A stretch of 64,000 nucleotides of DNA from a bacterium (GCA_030698395.1 JAUYKW010000001.1:93735-157734), one strand, 5' to 3'; shown: positions 1-10,855, counted from the first letter of the stretch. Notes: a model not told the origin generated them from the letters alone. Translations and numbers: made by a program.

Positions 1-769
1 TATCAGTATCCTTACTTGGTGAAACATTTGTAATAGGTGATGTATTTACGTTTGAATTTATATTCGCATTACTATCTGCATTAACATTCTCGTTAGCGTT
101 TTCATTGTCATTTGCATTAACATTCTCATTATCATTTTCATCATCTGCATTTACATTATCATTTACGTCTGCATTAACATTTTCTTCCATTAATCCTTCA
201 TCAACAACAACATCAACAACTACTACTGGCGTTTCTACTGGTACATCTTCCGGTAAACCTCTTAGTATATAAAATGCCACACCACCAATAATGCCTGCTA
301 CAGCAAGTATTATCACTAATACAATTATTACAGTCATCATTTTGCCTTTTCCTTTCTTGGTCTTGCCACCTTCTTTTGTTGCACCTGCTGTAGGCGCATT
401 CATAAATTTTTGTGGCATAGTATGTACTTCACTCTGTGCTGAACCAACTGATCCTGATTGAACCGGAGGCATAATAGGCCCGGGAGCTGGACCAGACATT
501 GGTACTGGCGAACCAGGCCCAGGAGATAGTGAACTTGCTCCAACCATACCACCTGCTGGTGCCGCAATGGGACCGCCACCTACTTGAGGAGTTGCTCCTG
601 CTGGACCACTAGGCACAGCTGGAGATGGAGTAGGTACTGGCATTGGCGTTGGTGGCGTTGGCGCTACTGGAGTCGCTCCAGGTTGAGCAACCGACATGTT
701 ATCTTGTCCTGGAACAGCTGGTGTTGGTGCTGGCTGTGGGCCAGCTGGTGTTTGGTTTGGAAAGTCCAT
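1..769 (-). CDS. Pro-rich single-pass membrane protein, 3' partial (runs off the window start). Not in the ORF track; found by translating the minus strand from the ATG at 769..767.
   Basis: The ATG lies 2 nt after the stop of the upstream gene. The translation starts MDFPNQTPAGPQPAPTPAVPGQD, then a Pro/Gly-rich region, a KKGKGK stretch, a hydrophobic TM segment, and an acidic/Asn low-complexity NVNADxN repeat. The W-rich plus-strand ORF at 584..820 is its antisense artifact. Confidence 0.45.
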   Translation of the reverse strand, partial: MDFPNQTPAGPQPAPTPAVPGQDNMSVAQPGATPVAPTPPTPMPVPTPSPAVPSGPAGATPQVGGGPIAAPAGGMVGASSLSPGPGSPVPMSGPAPGPIMPPVQSGSVGSAQSEVHTMPQKFMNAPTAGATKEGGKTKKGKGKMMTVIIVLVIILAVAGIIGGVAFYILRGLPEDVPVETPVVVVDVVVDEGLMEENVNADVNDNVNADDENDNENVNANDNENANENVNADSNANINSNVNTSPITNVSPSKDTD

Positions 770-771
770 AT

Positions 772-1449
772 TTATTCAGGTATAAAATCGTCAAATAATC
801 TTTTAGTTGGGTCTGGGTGATTTGGATGATAAAAATTAGCTACTTCTTCTCCGTCTATAAATCCATCACTATCTGTATCTGGATTACGCGGATCCGTGAG
901 ATATACACGAACCTCTTCACGATCGGATAAACCATCCTCATCTGTATCACGTTTCTTCGGATTCGTGTTATGGATCAACTCTTCTTCATCTGATAATCCG
1001 TCGTGATCTGAATCTATGAACTCTGCTGCGCTGCTATCATCTGTTGTAATTTCAGGATCAACAGGTATATCGATTTCAATTACATTCGTATTCTCTAATA
1101 CATCATCCACTATTACTTGGTCAGTTGCGATGTTGTCATTTATTAAAACATTCTCTGACTCTGGTATTGATGGTGTACTTCCTAACCAAATGTAAATAGC
1201 AAAACCGATACCTCCTAATAATAGCAAACCAGCAATGCTTATGGCAATAATGATAATAATGCGGCGCACAACACCTGAGCTTCCTGAGGTACTTTCTTCA
1301 TCACTATAATTCCCTGCAACCGGCTCCGTAATCGCTGCCATAGGAATCCTTGATACCTCGGGTCCAACATTAGCATCAGCTTCAAAACCCTCAAATATAT
1401 CTTCTATCTCTGGATTTGAATTATTCGAAGTTATCATCATAATCTCCAT
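772..1449 (-). CDS. Single-pass membrane protein with three thrombospondin type-3-like Ca-binding repeats
   Basis: TM segment IIIIAISIAGLLLLGGIGFAIYIWL. Motifs DSDHDGLSDEEE, DTDEDGLSDREE and DTDSDGFIDGEE. Overlaps the giant upstream gene by 29 nt, suggesting translational coupling. Confidence 0.6.
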   Translation of the reverse strand: MEIMMITSNNSNPEIEDIFEGFEADANVGPEVSRIPMAAITEPVAGNYSDEESTSGSSGVVRRIIIIIAISIAGLLLLGGIGFAIYIWLGSTPSIPESENVLINDNIATDQVIVDDVLENTNVIEIDIPVDPEITTDDSSAAEFIDSDHDGLSDEEELIHNTNPKKRDTDEDGLSDREEVRVYLTDPRNPDTDSDGFIDGEEVANFYHPNHPDPTKRLFDDFIPE

Positions 1450-4400
1450 CTAGCGTTGTATCGGATGCCGTAACAACGTAGTTAAATGTGTCACATCCTT
1501 CATCAGAAAAGTCAGAGATATGATCAGTTACTGGTGTAGATTTATCAGAATATAATCTACATGGATCATAGGCAGATTCTTGCCAAGAACCTGTGCCATC
1601 ATATTCTAAATTACTATACAATTCAAATTCATCAGGATCTGTACTCTCATTATATAAATATGTATACAGATATGATCCTGGCGGTCCATAATAATCCTTC
1701 AAAATTGGATCCCAACAAGTACCATTCTCATCATAGTAAGTCCATTCAGGACTACTTGGATCATCACCTGCATTTAAATCTGGTGCATTATATGGACAGT
1801 TAACCTCAGCATCAGCATATTCATTAATCGGATCTGTAGGAAGTGTTTGTCCAAGAGCATTACCTAGAACAGATGTCCAAGATGACCAAATGGATGTTGT
1901 AAGTCCAGCTATATATGTTCCAGAATTAATTGTTGGGAAGTTTAGTGATCCATCACCATCAGCATCATTATGATAGTAACTAGATAATAAGTATGCCACC
2001 GTACCAAGATCACTAACTCTTTCTGTATCACGCACAATTTTTAATTTTTCTTCCTGACAATTATTAGATAAACCAGTATTTCCATAATTAAATTCAAAAT
2101 GATCTAAAAACAGATTTACAATAGCCTCCGTATCAGTTTCTGCCTCAGAGCTAAAAGTCATTACGATAATATAAGGTTTCAGCGTTCCTGCGTCTTCATC
2201 TAAGTTTGTAGCTGCTATATACATTGTGTTCCCTACTCGAATTGCTCTATAATCATCCACTTTCGTTTCTGATCCTCCACCACTTCCAGTACTGCTACCA
2301 ATCAATTGAAACCATAGATCGGGACCAACCATGTCCTTCATAGTAGTGAAATCATTATCTAGATCGTTTTCATACACCCGAATTGCAATAGTGTTATTGT
2401 TTGCATCAGGATCATAGCTCAGTGCTAGCTCATCCTTTAAAGCAACTTCATATATAAAATCCTGTGGAGAACCATATGCCAAATCAATTGCAACGCTATC
2501 CCGCTCAAATACAGTTGTAAACTTAGGCAAGAAGCTACTCTCTTGTGGGGATTCTCCTCTACAATATGCCCAATACATATGATAATCTTCATTGGAAAAA
2601 GATTCAAAATAATCTTCTTCTGCGCAGAAATATACTGCTACATCTTGATCATCATCAAATAATCCGGACCAACCTTGTTCTACTGAACCATCACCAGTAA
2701 TCATTACTTCTACCGCTGTGATGCCTTCCTCACTATCAGCTGTAACTTTTTGTGTTTGTTTATCTTCTGTAAATCCAGGCACACTCCAGTATTCATTCTC
2801 ATCATTACAAGTAGCATCCAATGAACAAACTGAACTTTCATCCTCATTAAAGTCAATCTCACAACTAGTTTCCTCTGGATCTACTTTACAGCTACCTGCA
2901 AAGAAACAATTACATCTATTTGTATCGGAATCGAATGTAGAATCTAGTACATCACATACTTCACTTGGAGAATCTGTGAAACAAGCAATACCTTCGATAT
3001 TACAAGAATTATCCCCAGCATTCATGAGGCAACCACGCGGAGCTGTACAAGAACAAGTGCTAGTATCTGCATCCCAATTAGAATCAGTTGCATCACAAAC
3101 ACCATTTTCAGAATCAGTTTCACAATCTATATCATCAACCTCACATGAAGGGTCATTCTCATTCATGGTACAAGTATTCTCATACGCACAAGAACATGAA
3201 CCTAAATTTCCGCCAGTTATAATACCTGCAATAGGACAAGATGCATTTTCTAAATCCTGAATACTGTCATATTTCTCATCCCAGGTATAATTCCAGTAAA
3301 ATGATGTTTGGTCTTCACTGCCCTCAATTCTAGTAATAGGTTGATTGTCATCCTCGGTAGTGATATCTCTATCAACTCCAGCTGAATACACAGTTGCACC
3401 GAAAGTTTCTTTTTGCTCTGATTTAGTGAATGTATAATCTGCATCTACAAAACCATCCCTAGTTGCATCTAAATCTACTAATCCTGGACCACAAACATCT
3501 TCAAAGTCAGCTTCTGCTAGTGTGGTGAAAGGTATCTCTAAGTAACCGTCCGTATCACACATTCCTGCAGCTTCATGATCACTGTCGCAACCTACAGCCA
3601 CACCATCATTATAACTAACAATGCCCAATTGGTGATCAGTGCCACTGACCACTGAGTCGTCAGCTCGAATCACAATTGAGTAATCATTCTCGAAGTTTAA
3701 TAACTCTTCTTGTTTTAAAGTAATAATGTTCAATCCAGAGTTTAGTTCAATTTCATCTAAAGTAACATTACTGCCAGTATTCAGATCAATTAAACTAACG
3801 TAATACTCTAAATCCTCAGAAGTAATTTCAACTCCAGGAATTGGTGTATCCGATTCATTATACAAATCTTCAAACACATCACTAGTAGTAACTTTTGTAT
3901 TAAAATTCACTTTTAACTCACCATTAGGGCAAATATTCTCAGCGTTTGGTTGAGGGTTTGTCTTACCACCATCCAAGAATAACTCACAACTAGTATCATC
4001 AACTATTATATTACAAGTTAACTGCGGATAATCCGGATCAGTATACACACAGTATCCAGATTCACTATCATAAACAGTATATTCATTAGAAGTAGCAACG
4101 GTACATGTACGTGAATGATTAGATGGATTAACCCAGCCAGTATCATAATAATCAAGTAAAATCAAAGGCTGACTAGCACATGAACCAGTATCATAATCAT
4201 CATCAGCTGGTATTGTTGAATCATCGTAGACACAACTTGTATTATTACAACAAGAATCTGGTTCAGCCCTACAAAAACCTGTAGTATCAGGCGTGCAAGA
4301 ACCTACTCCAGCCGGCAAGTCTTCATAATCTAAATTACAATTTAGATTATTATCTTCAGATGCACAATCGCTACAAGAACTACAAGTAACAGGAAATTCC

Positions 4401-7400
4401 AAACCATTTCCTACACATTGTCTGCCCCCACTTGTTCTAGCAATTGCTTTTACATCACCGGTTTCAGAATCATCAGGAACGTCTGTTAAATATTGTTCAT
4501 TGGTGTATTGCGCCCAATCAATGCTGGCTTCGATTTCATCTGTATAATCAACGACACCCGATTGTTCTACAAAAGAACTAATAGAAGCACCACAAGTATC
4601 AGCTATTGCATCGCCATCCTCATCAATCTCGCAATCTTCAGTTATAACAAGTTCACAATCTGTATCATCAACAGCGATTGTACAAATACTACAGAAAGTA
4701 TCTCCAACATCTATTGAACAAGTTTTGGTTGCATCGTCTGGATCTTCATAAATACACGCTACCAGACCAGCATCATATGTTGTATAAGCATTAGATGTTG
4801 TAGCGTCACAAACTTCTGTTTCGTCTGCAGGATTCACATATACTGTTGTTGGATTACTTGTATGTACACAATAACCAGCCACAGCATCGTAAATAGTTGT
4901 TGCATTCGAGGTAAGGGTTGTGCAAACTTCTGCTTGATCATTTGGGTTCACGTAATAACTTGTTGTTTCGATAAGGCTACAAGAATCATCTCCTTCATCA
5001 ATCTCGCACTCCCCTAACGAATCAGTATTACATGTACAATATCCATCAGACTCACCAAGAAAATTTTCACCAGATAAAGTAATGTCATAAGTGGCGGTAT
5101 AAGGACTATAAGCAGGATCTGCGTCACACAACACAGGAATATCAACCTCTGAACAGGAATTATCTTTAGAGAAAACCGATCGGAAATCTGGATCGACATT
5201 ATCATCTTGACCATCATTATCTACGTCATATGGAAATTCATCATCACCATCAGCTCTGCCATCACCATCAGCATCATCAACATAAATTGGATCATTACTA
5301 TTTTGCGTATCAGCACCACCATTATAAACCTGTCTAACAACAATTTCAGCTGTTTGAGTACTTGCATCTGCAAAGATACCATCCGGCATGGTAACTATAA
5401 TTTGATTATTATTCCATGAATCTGATTCGCTACAAGCTAATGGTGCTTCAATCCCATCCGCAGTAACCATGCTATACGGATCATATCCGTCACCTGAGCT
5501 ATAATAAGTACCAAAATGACAACCTTGCACAGTTGTTGGTTGACCAACTGCGCCTCTGCCCGGGCTAAGATCTATAACATATGGTGAACACATTCCATCA
5601 ACACAAACAGAGTTACACTCACCATAACTACAATCCGTATCATCCAAGCATTCATTGCATACTTCTGCTGCAACGCATTCAAAATCATTACAACAACCAG
5701 TACTACAATCTAAATTAGCTGAACAACTAACACTAAATCCTAAGGCATTACTAGCCAAAGTATCACTTTCTAGTTGCACACCTTCATTTCCATCGGCTAC
5801 AGCACCCTGAGGAACTTCTGTATCTTCCACAGTATTATCATCTGCCCAAGTACCTTCAATAGAATCGACTCTACTAGTACTACTCTTAAATGTGACCTTT
5901 TCACCACCATCATCAGTTAATAATGTAAAATTCTCTCCATATAAATTTACCGTATCATCCTCTTCTCCAGAAGCTGGATCTACCTGACATAAACATGGAG
6001 TAGCGTCAGAACCGACTTCACAATCCTCATCTCCTTCGCTAGCACTATATATATCGTACAAATATTCTCCATCAATATCATTATAATATCTACTTTTTAA
6101 TGTAATGCCGTATAAATTAGCTGCTAGACTAGTAGGCACCTGCGCTATAACTTGATCAGAATCCCACGTATCATCACAAAATACCTCACTTGGATAATCA
6201 GCTACAGACGTATTGAATAAAACAGAACCAGAATTCGGTTCTTGATAAGTTGGGTATGAATCTATACAAAGATCATCGCCTGTGGCAACACACGTTGTAT
6301 TTCCTTCTTTAACATTACAATCGTTTCCATTGCCATCAGCTGTACAAGTACAATCTTTTAATCCTCCGCCATCGTAAAAATTTGCTGTTGGCGATAAAGC
6401 TGAACAAGCGTCATCTAATGTACATACTTCTTCACCTAAACTGCAAGTTGTACTTCCATTATCCAAAAGACATACATTGCCATTTTCTGAAACATCACAT
6501 GAATAACCTTCTTTCTTTAAACTCTCACATGTACAAGCAGCCTCACCTTCTTGATCAGATCCAAAATAGCAACCATTTAAAGTTATACATCCAGTTGGTC
6601 CAACATCTGGTCCGCTAGCATTGTTTGGCGAGAAGCTAATAATATCTGGCGCACAATGATGAGTTACCAAATCACAATAAGTATCTTGGCATTCATTAGT
6701 GTAACAATCCGAGTCATTAGTACAGTATCCAAAATCTACATCAAATACACCACCATCACTGGCAGCATCACTACCATCATTTGGATCAACTAGGGTTACT
6801 TCCACAAAAGCTTCACCTGCATTATCTGCATCTTCACCCTGCAGGCATACATTGTTAAACCCAGTAGTTGTTGTATCTGTATCACCTTCAGATGGACTAT
6901 CTTCTGGATTATCCAAATCTCCAAATTGGATAATATCTCTATCTGGCACATCTGGTCCAATAGTCCAATTATATGTTCCAGCATCGGCAAGTAACATACA
7001 ATTCTCCGTATACTGCCTTACTCTATAAGAATATGTATCGTCAATAATACCATCACCATCATTATCTACTTCAATATTTTCTGTACATCTATTGGTATCA
7101 TCATAAGAAGTTGCCCGATCGTCCGATGGCGTCATATTTATATAATCAGCTACACAATTTTCTTCATCATTACGAACCTGAAATTTAATAATTTCATCTT
7201 CTAATAAGTTAACCCCATCAGTATTCTTAATAATTGAAGAATCAAGTACCACTTTATAATGATATCCAGCCTCTAACCCATCTGGGAACGGGAAATAAAT
7301 AACCTCGTAAGCATCTAAGTCTCCGTCACCATCAACATCCTCGCTACCATCTAGTACACCACTGCCATCACCACCAAGATATGCATCACTTAAAAATTCA

Positions 7401-10084
7401 ATCTCGTGTCCACCAGCATAGCCTGGATGTACGCATTCACTATCATCAAATGGTAATTTAGTATCACCATCATAACCATAATTACATCGATAAAAATCAA
7501 CACCACCAGGGCCATTACGCCTAATAGTGTCATTATCCATGTCGTTAGTGAATGCAATCGCCAGCGTGGAATTCACACATACGTTATCAAAACCATTAGG
7601 TGGATTAGGCAAATAAATTAAATTTTCACTTGGACTACACTGATAAGAACGAAACATTCTAGGCGGGTTTGAACAAGAAATATCAAAATCCAAACCATTA
7701 CTAATTCCATTGATATTAGCGACCGAAAAATCATAATCATCAAGTTCCGAAACAGGTGTACCATTTGTTGCTACAGATTGACTATCATAAGTAGCATTGT
7801 ATTCATTCCAATATTGAATACTTGCGGTTGGTTCAAAAACTCCATTGCTTGCTTTAAAATAAATTGCACCTCGTTCATCACCAAAGTTTTCACCTATGGC
7901 AATTACATCATCATCTCCGGTATCACTACAAGACGGCTCTAATAAGCATAGGCCAGGGCCTGGCTCTCCATCATCAATAGTAAATCCACGCTGATTACTG
8001 TAACGTTCTTCAGTTGTAATCACCTGGATTAATGTTCGCTCGTCTACTTCAAAATCATCTGGAACTCTAACAATGATACTAGTGTTATCCCAACCATCAT
8101 CACACATTACTTCTGCTTCCACGTCATTAAAGAATACTTGTCCGCGAGAACTAAATTCATCATTAGGGTCATAATCAAGAAAGTTTTTACCCTTTATAGT
8201 TACGTACTGGCCTGCAGGTCCGGATGCTGGGGAAGTCGTACGAATATATGGAGAATCGATAGTAGCCTGATCAAGTGACGTGTCACTTCCGTCATTATTT
8301 TCAACTCTAATTTGACCAGTTTGACTTGCTACTGGCGTGCGCAAAGTAATTATGTTTGCACCGACATTACTTACAAAACATGACATTGTAGGAACGTGAT
8401 CAGTATCAAAACAATTTTGGCTCGCTGCAGAAATATTATTATAAAAATCTACTTCATAAAAAGGATATAAGTAACTGCCAGTAATAAGAACTTTGCCAGT
8501 ATCTGAAGAACCTGTCTCACCAACTACTTCCTCGTCTTCACTATAATAATTATCCTCCTGAGCAATTGAATCAATCTCAGGAACACAATATGGCTCATCA
8601 CCTGTAGTCCATGTCCATTGATAATCAAATCCTACATAATTTTCATGACTGGAGTTACATGTTGCATCTAATGTACATGTAGCATCACCCAAATCACAAT
8701 CAATCGCACCAACAGCTACATTACAAGACTCAACTCCAGACAAGCAAGAACAGAATGCTTGATCAAGGCCAGAACTAGCAGGATCCACAAAATCATCTAT
8801 TGGATGACCCTCCATGTCTAAATCAAAATCTCCACTTAATGGATTACCGCAAGTATCAAATATAGCTCCCTCAAAAGTGTCAGTAGCAGCATCACCACTA
8901 TACAGATTCATTCCATATTCTGTAAATTCACTTAGCGGTTCTTCTGGACCAGTAACTATCGTATCATCAGTTTCTCCACCAATACTAGTCATTCTAATAT
9001 AATCTACATCTAATGAATCTGATGGATCGTCATCTACGCCATCACCATCAAAGTCACCATATTCGTACAACCAAACGTTCTGATCGTCTGGTGATGCTGG
9101 ATCCAAACTTTCCGAAAAAGACGCCTGCAAAGTTGGGTTTAAACATATCTGATCATCACCATCAGACGGATACGGTGTAACACTTACTACATTCACAGTT
9201 GGTGGAACGTCATCTGTTTCAGTACCAGTAGTAAATGTATAAATCCGCTTTGGATCGGAAGATTCTAGATTATAAACCGCCCCGTTATCTGGATCTACAC
9301 CTTTAATAGCAGTTGTTAATATAACCTTATATTTAGTATCTTCATAATAATCTGCAGCTGGATAGAATACAGCAGAGTAACTACTTTCTGAAAAATCAAT
9401 TGAGCCTGCAAGCTGTCCGCCTACACAACTATTAGCTGAACAATCACCAGATAAACATTCTTTCCCCTCAGTACAAACGTCGCCATTGCTCTTACCACCA
9501 TCTGGATTACTAACTGCATCACGCGGTATAGTCACTTTAAACGAATCGGATGTCACGCTAGGTTCATTCAGCGGAAATGAGTAAGTTGTAGCAACTATGT
9601 GACAAAGAGGCACATTCTCCTCTTCATTCCGCGGATTTGTGTGATCTACATAAAAAGGAGAACCATCAGGATAGTTTGGATCAGGACTCGGAGATGTAAT
9701 CACTACTGGGTCCTGAGCATTAGTAAAATCTAACAACAGATTAATAACAAAAGTGGCAATCCCCCACGAAGCCAACACAATTACAAGTCCGATTACTCCA
9801 TTACGTAATATTAATTTTGCATTAGCAACTTTTTCCTCATTACCACCAGATAGCATCCAAGCAAAACCACCCCATAATATTATACCTGTAGCTACTAAAG
9901 CTAATAGACCTAATGTCCAATTTACAATTGAAACGATTAAATCTACTGGACTAGTATTACCGAGTATCAAATTTTCACCAATACTCGTATCCACCTGTGC
10001 ATATACGATACCAGTAACAAAAAAAGAACTCCCAGCAACAACTAAAAATGAAACCAAAATTTTAAAAACAGTTTTTCTCTTCAT
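1421..10084 (-). CDS. Giant (2887 aa) secreted or membrane-anchored surface protein. Cys-rich EGF/laminin-like modules and TSP3-like Asp-rich repeats. The N-terminus has a signal peptide plus a two-helix hydrophobic hairpin reminiscent of a TrbC/VirB2 pilin-like domain.
   Basis: One uninterrupted 8.66-kb ORF. N-terminus MKRKTVFKILVSFLVVAGSSFFVTGIVYAQ, then LGLLALVATGIILWGGFAWMLSGG...VIGLVIVLASWGIATFVINLL. Hundreds of Cys in CxxC/CxC spacing. Motifs such as DADGDGRADGDDEFPYDVDNDGQDDNVDPD. Confidence 0.85.
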   Translation of the reverse strand: MKRKTVFKILVSFLVVAGSSFFVTGIVYAQVDTSIGENLILGNTSPVDLIVSIVNWTLGLLALVATGIILWGGFAWMLSGGNEEKVANAKLILRNGVIGLVIVLASWGIATFVINLLLDFTNAQDPVVITSPSPDPNYPDGSPFYVDHTNPRNEEENVPLCHIVATTYSFPLNEPSVTSDSFKVTIPRDAVSNPDGGKSNGDVCTEGKECLSGDCSANSCVGGQLAGSIDFSESSYSAVFYPAADYYEDTKYKVILTTAIKGVDPDNGAVYNLESSDPKRIYTFTTGTETDDVPPTVNVVSVTPYPSDGDDQICLNPTLQASFSESLDPASPDDQNVWLYEYGDFDGDGVDDDPSDSLDVDYIRMTSIGGETDDTIVTGPEEPLSEFTEYGMNLYSGDAATDTFEGAIFDTCGNPLSGDFDLDMEGHPIDDFVDPASSGLDQAFCSCLSGVESCNVAVGAIDCDLGDATCTLDATCNSSHENYVGFDYQWTWTTGDEPYCVPEIDSIAQEDNYYSEDEEVVGETGSSDTGKVLITGSYLYPFYEVDFYNNISAASQNCFDTDHVPTMSCFVSNVGANIITLRTPVASQTGQIRVENNDGSDTSLDQATIDSPYIRTTSPASGPAGQYVTIKGKNFLDYDPNDEFSSRGQVFFNDVEAEVMCDDGWDNTSIIVRVPDDFEVDERTLIQVITTEERYSNQRGFTIDDGEPGPGLCLLEPSCSDTGDDDVIAIGENFGDERGAIYFKASNGVFEPTASIQYWNEYNATYDSQSVATNGTPVSELDDYDFSVANINGISNGLDFDISCSNPPRMFRSYQCSPSENLIYLPNPPNGFDNVCVNSTLAIAFTNDMDNDTIRRNGPGGVDFYRCNYGYDGDTKLPFDDSECVHPGYAGGHEIEFLSDAYLGGDGSGVLDGSEDVDGDGDLDAYEVIYFPFPDGLEAGYHYKVVLDSSIIKNTDGVNLLEDEIIKFQVRNDEENCVADYINMTPSDDRATSYDDTNRCTENIEVDNDGDGIIDDTYSYRVRQYTENCMLLADAGTYNWTIGPDVPDRDIIQFGDLDNPEDSPSEGDTDTTTTGFNNVCLQGEDADNAGEAFVEVTLVDPNDGSDAASDGGVFDVDFGYCTNDSDCYTNECQDTYCDLVTHHCAPDIISFSPNNASGPDVGPTGCITLNGCYFGSDQEGEAACTCESLKKEGYSCDVSENGNVCLLDNGSTTCSLGEEVCTLDDACSALSPTANFYDGGGLKDCTCTADGNGNDCNVKEGNTTCVATGDDLCIDSYPTYQEPNSGSVLFNTSVADYPSEVFCDDTWDSDQVIAQVPTSLAANLYGITLKSRYYNDIDGEYLYDIYSASEGDEDCEVGSDATPCLCQVDPASGEEDDTVNLYGENFTLLTDDGGEKVTFKSSTSRVDSIEGTWADDNTVEDTEVPQGAVADGNEGVQLESDTLASNALGFSVSCSANLDCSTGCCNDFECVAAEVCNECLDDTDCSYGECNSVCVDGMCSPYVIDLSPGRGAVGQPTTVQGCHFGTYYSSGDGYDPYSMVTADGIEAPLACSESDSWNNNQIIVTMPDGIFADASTQTAEIVVRQVYNGGADTQNSNDPIYVDDADGDGRADGDDEFPYDVDNDGQDDNVDPDFRSVFSKDNSCSEVDIPVLCDADPAYSPYTATYDITLSGENFLGESDGYCTCNTDSLGECEIDEGDDSCSLIETTSYYVNPNDQAEVCTTLTSNATTIYDAVAGYCVHTSNPTTVYVNPADETEVCDATTSNAYTTYDAGLVACIYEDPDDATKTCSIDVGDTFCSICTIAVDDTDCELVITEDCEIDEDGDAIADTCGASISSFVEQSGVVDYTDEIEASIDWAQYTNEQYLTDVPDDSETGDVKAIARTSGGRQCVGNGLEFPVTCSSCSDCASEDNNLNCNLDYEDLPAGVGSCTPDTTGFCRAEPDSCCNNTSCVYDDSTIPADDDYDTGSCASQPLILLDYYDTGWVNPSNHSRTCTVATSNEYTVYDSESGYCVYTDPDYPQLTCNIIVDDTSCELFLDGGKTNPQPNAENICPNGELKVNFNTKVTTSDVFEDLYNESDTPIPGVEITSEDLEYYVSLIDLNTGSNVTLDEIELNSGLNIITLKQEELLNFENDYSIVIRADDSVVSGTDHQLGIVSYNDGVAVGCDSDHEAAGMCDTDGYLEIPFTTLAEADFEDVCGPGLVDLDATRDGFVDADYTFTKSEQKETFGATVYSAGVDRDITTEDDNQPITRIEGSEDQTSFYWNYTWDEKYDSIQDLENASCPIAGIITGGNLGSCSCAYENTCTMNENDPSCEVDDIDCETDSENGVCDATDSNWDADTSTCSCTAPRGCLMNAGDNSCNIEGIACFTDSPSEVCDVLDSTFDSDTNRCNCFFAGSCKVDPEETSCEIDFNEDESSVCSLDATCNDENEYWSVPGFTEDKQTQKVTADSEEGITAVEVMITGDGSVEQGWSGLFDDDQDVAVYFCAEEDYFESFSNEDYHMYWAYCRGESPQESSFLPKFTTVFERDSVAIDLAYGSPQDFIYEVALKDELALSYDPDANNNTIAIRVYENDLDNDFTTMKDMVGPDLWFQLIGSSTGSGGGSETKVDDYRAIRVGNTMYIAATNLDEDAGTLKPYIIVMTFSSEAETDTEAIVNLFLDHFEFNYGNTGLSNNCQEEKLKIVRDTERVSDLGTVAYLLSSYYHNDADGDGSLNFPTINSGTYIAGLTTSIWSSWTSVLGNALGQTLPTDPINEYADAEVNCPYNAPDLNAGDDPSSPEWTYYDENGTCWDPILKDYYGPPGSYLYTYLYNESTDPDEFELYSNLEYDGTGSWQESAYDPCRLYSDKSTPVTDHISDFSDEGCDTFNYVVTASDTTLDGDYDDNFE

Positions 10085-10512
10085 TGTAATTCTTCTTTTA
10101 AAATTTTCTGCACCATTTTTCCATCAGCCTTACCTTGTGTTGCTTGCATTACTTTTCCCATTAATGGACCAAATTCTTTATTTTCAGCTGTGGCAACTTC
10201 CTGTTTAACTAGCTCTCGCAATTTTTCTTCTGATAATTGTTCTGGCTGATATTTTCTCAATACTTCAATTTCAGCTTCTTCCTTGTAGGCCAACTCTTCT
10301 CGACCAGCTGACTTATATGTTGCAGCTGAATCTTCACGTTGTTTAATTTGTTTTTTTACAATAGAAAAAGCCCGCCCTTCAGAAAGCGGGCCATTCTCTA
10401 TTTCATCGTTCTTTAAGGCACTTTTTAAGCTTCTCAATGCAGAGACAGCAACTTCGTCCTTTGATTTTAAGGATACGACTAAATCAGTTTGTAATTTCTC
10501 TGCCAGACCCAT
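10081..10512 (-). CDS. yqeY: GatB/YqeY domain protein
   Basis: Full-length similarity to YqeY family: LKSALKNDEIE...VKKQIKQREDSAATYKSAGREELAYKEEAEIEVLRKYQPEQLSEEKLRELV...GPLMGKVMQATQGKADGKMVQKILKEEL. Confidence 0.8.
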   Translation of the reverse strand: MGLAEKLQTDLVVSLKSKDEVAVSALRSLKSALKNDEIENGPLSEGRAFSIVKKQIKQREDSAATYKSAGREELAYKEEAEIEVLRKYQPEQLSEEKLRELVKQEVATAENKEFGPLMGKVMQATQGKADGKMVQKILKEELQ

Positions 10513-10521
10513 TGATTATGG

Positions 10522-10780
10522 TTAGCTTTTTGTTTTAGATCTACTTCCGCGTTCTTCAAGTTTGCCTATTTTTCGCAGATGTTCTTTTTCTTGCCTCAAT
10601 TCTGCTTGTTTAATTGCACTTCGACGTCTTAGTCGTTTGCTTTTTTTTGGTTGTCGATACTGGTTTTGCTTGGCTAAATTTAATTTGCCACTTGCCTGTA
10701 CCTTCCGAACAAAACGACGAATCATCCCTTCATTGGACTCACCGTCATTTTTATATGTTGTAACAGTAGGAATAGTATTT
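10522..10780 (-). CDS. rpsU: 30S ribosomal protein S21, apparently initiating at ATT (AUU) at 10780..10778. The ORF-track ATG at 10725 is internal.
   Basis: Codons in frame upstream of the track ATG encode IPTVTTYKNDGESNEG-MIRRFVRKVQASGKL. This matches the S21 N-terminal consensus MPxVxVxxNExxDxALRRFKRxxEKxGxL. The ATT is preceded by GGAGGTG with 7-nt spacing, and an in-frame TGA lies immediately upstream. Confidence 0.7.
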
Positions 10781-10855
10781 CACCTCCTTCAAGGTGTAAG
10801 ATAATAATTATTTGTGAATAAAATATAACACTTAACTATGTGTATGTCAAATATT

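Noticed and set aside
584-820. 78-aa Trp/Arg-rich plus-strand ORF
   Set aside because: It is antisense to the Pro/Gly-rich minus-strand gene (CCA/CCT codons read as TGG/AGG). It has no start context, and the minus-strand gene has a coupled start at 769.
1561-9002. Multiple 60-180-aa plus-strand ORFs (for example 1561..1803, 2718..3260, 4493..4717, 6382..6618, 8814..9002) inside the giant gene
   Set aside because: They lie wholly within the uninterrupted 8.6-kb minus-strand ORF, have low-complexity composition and show no homology. They are antisense artifacts.
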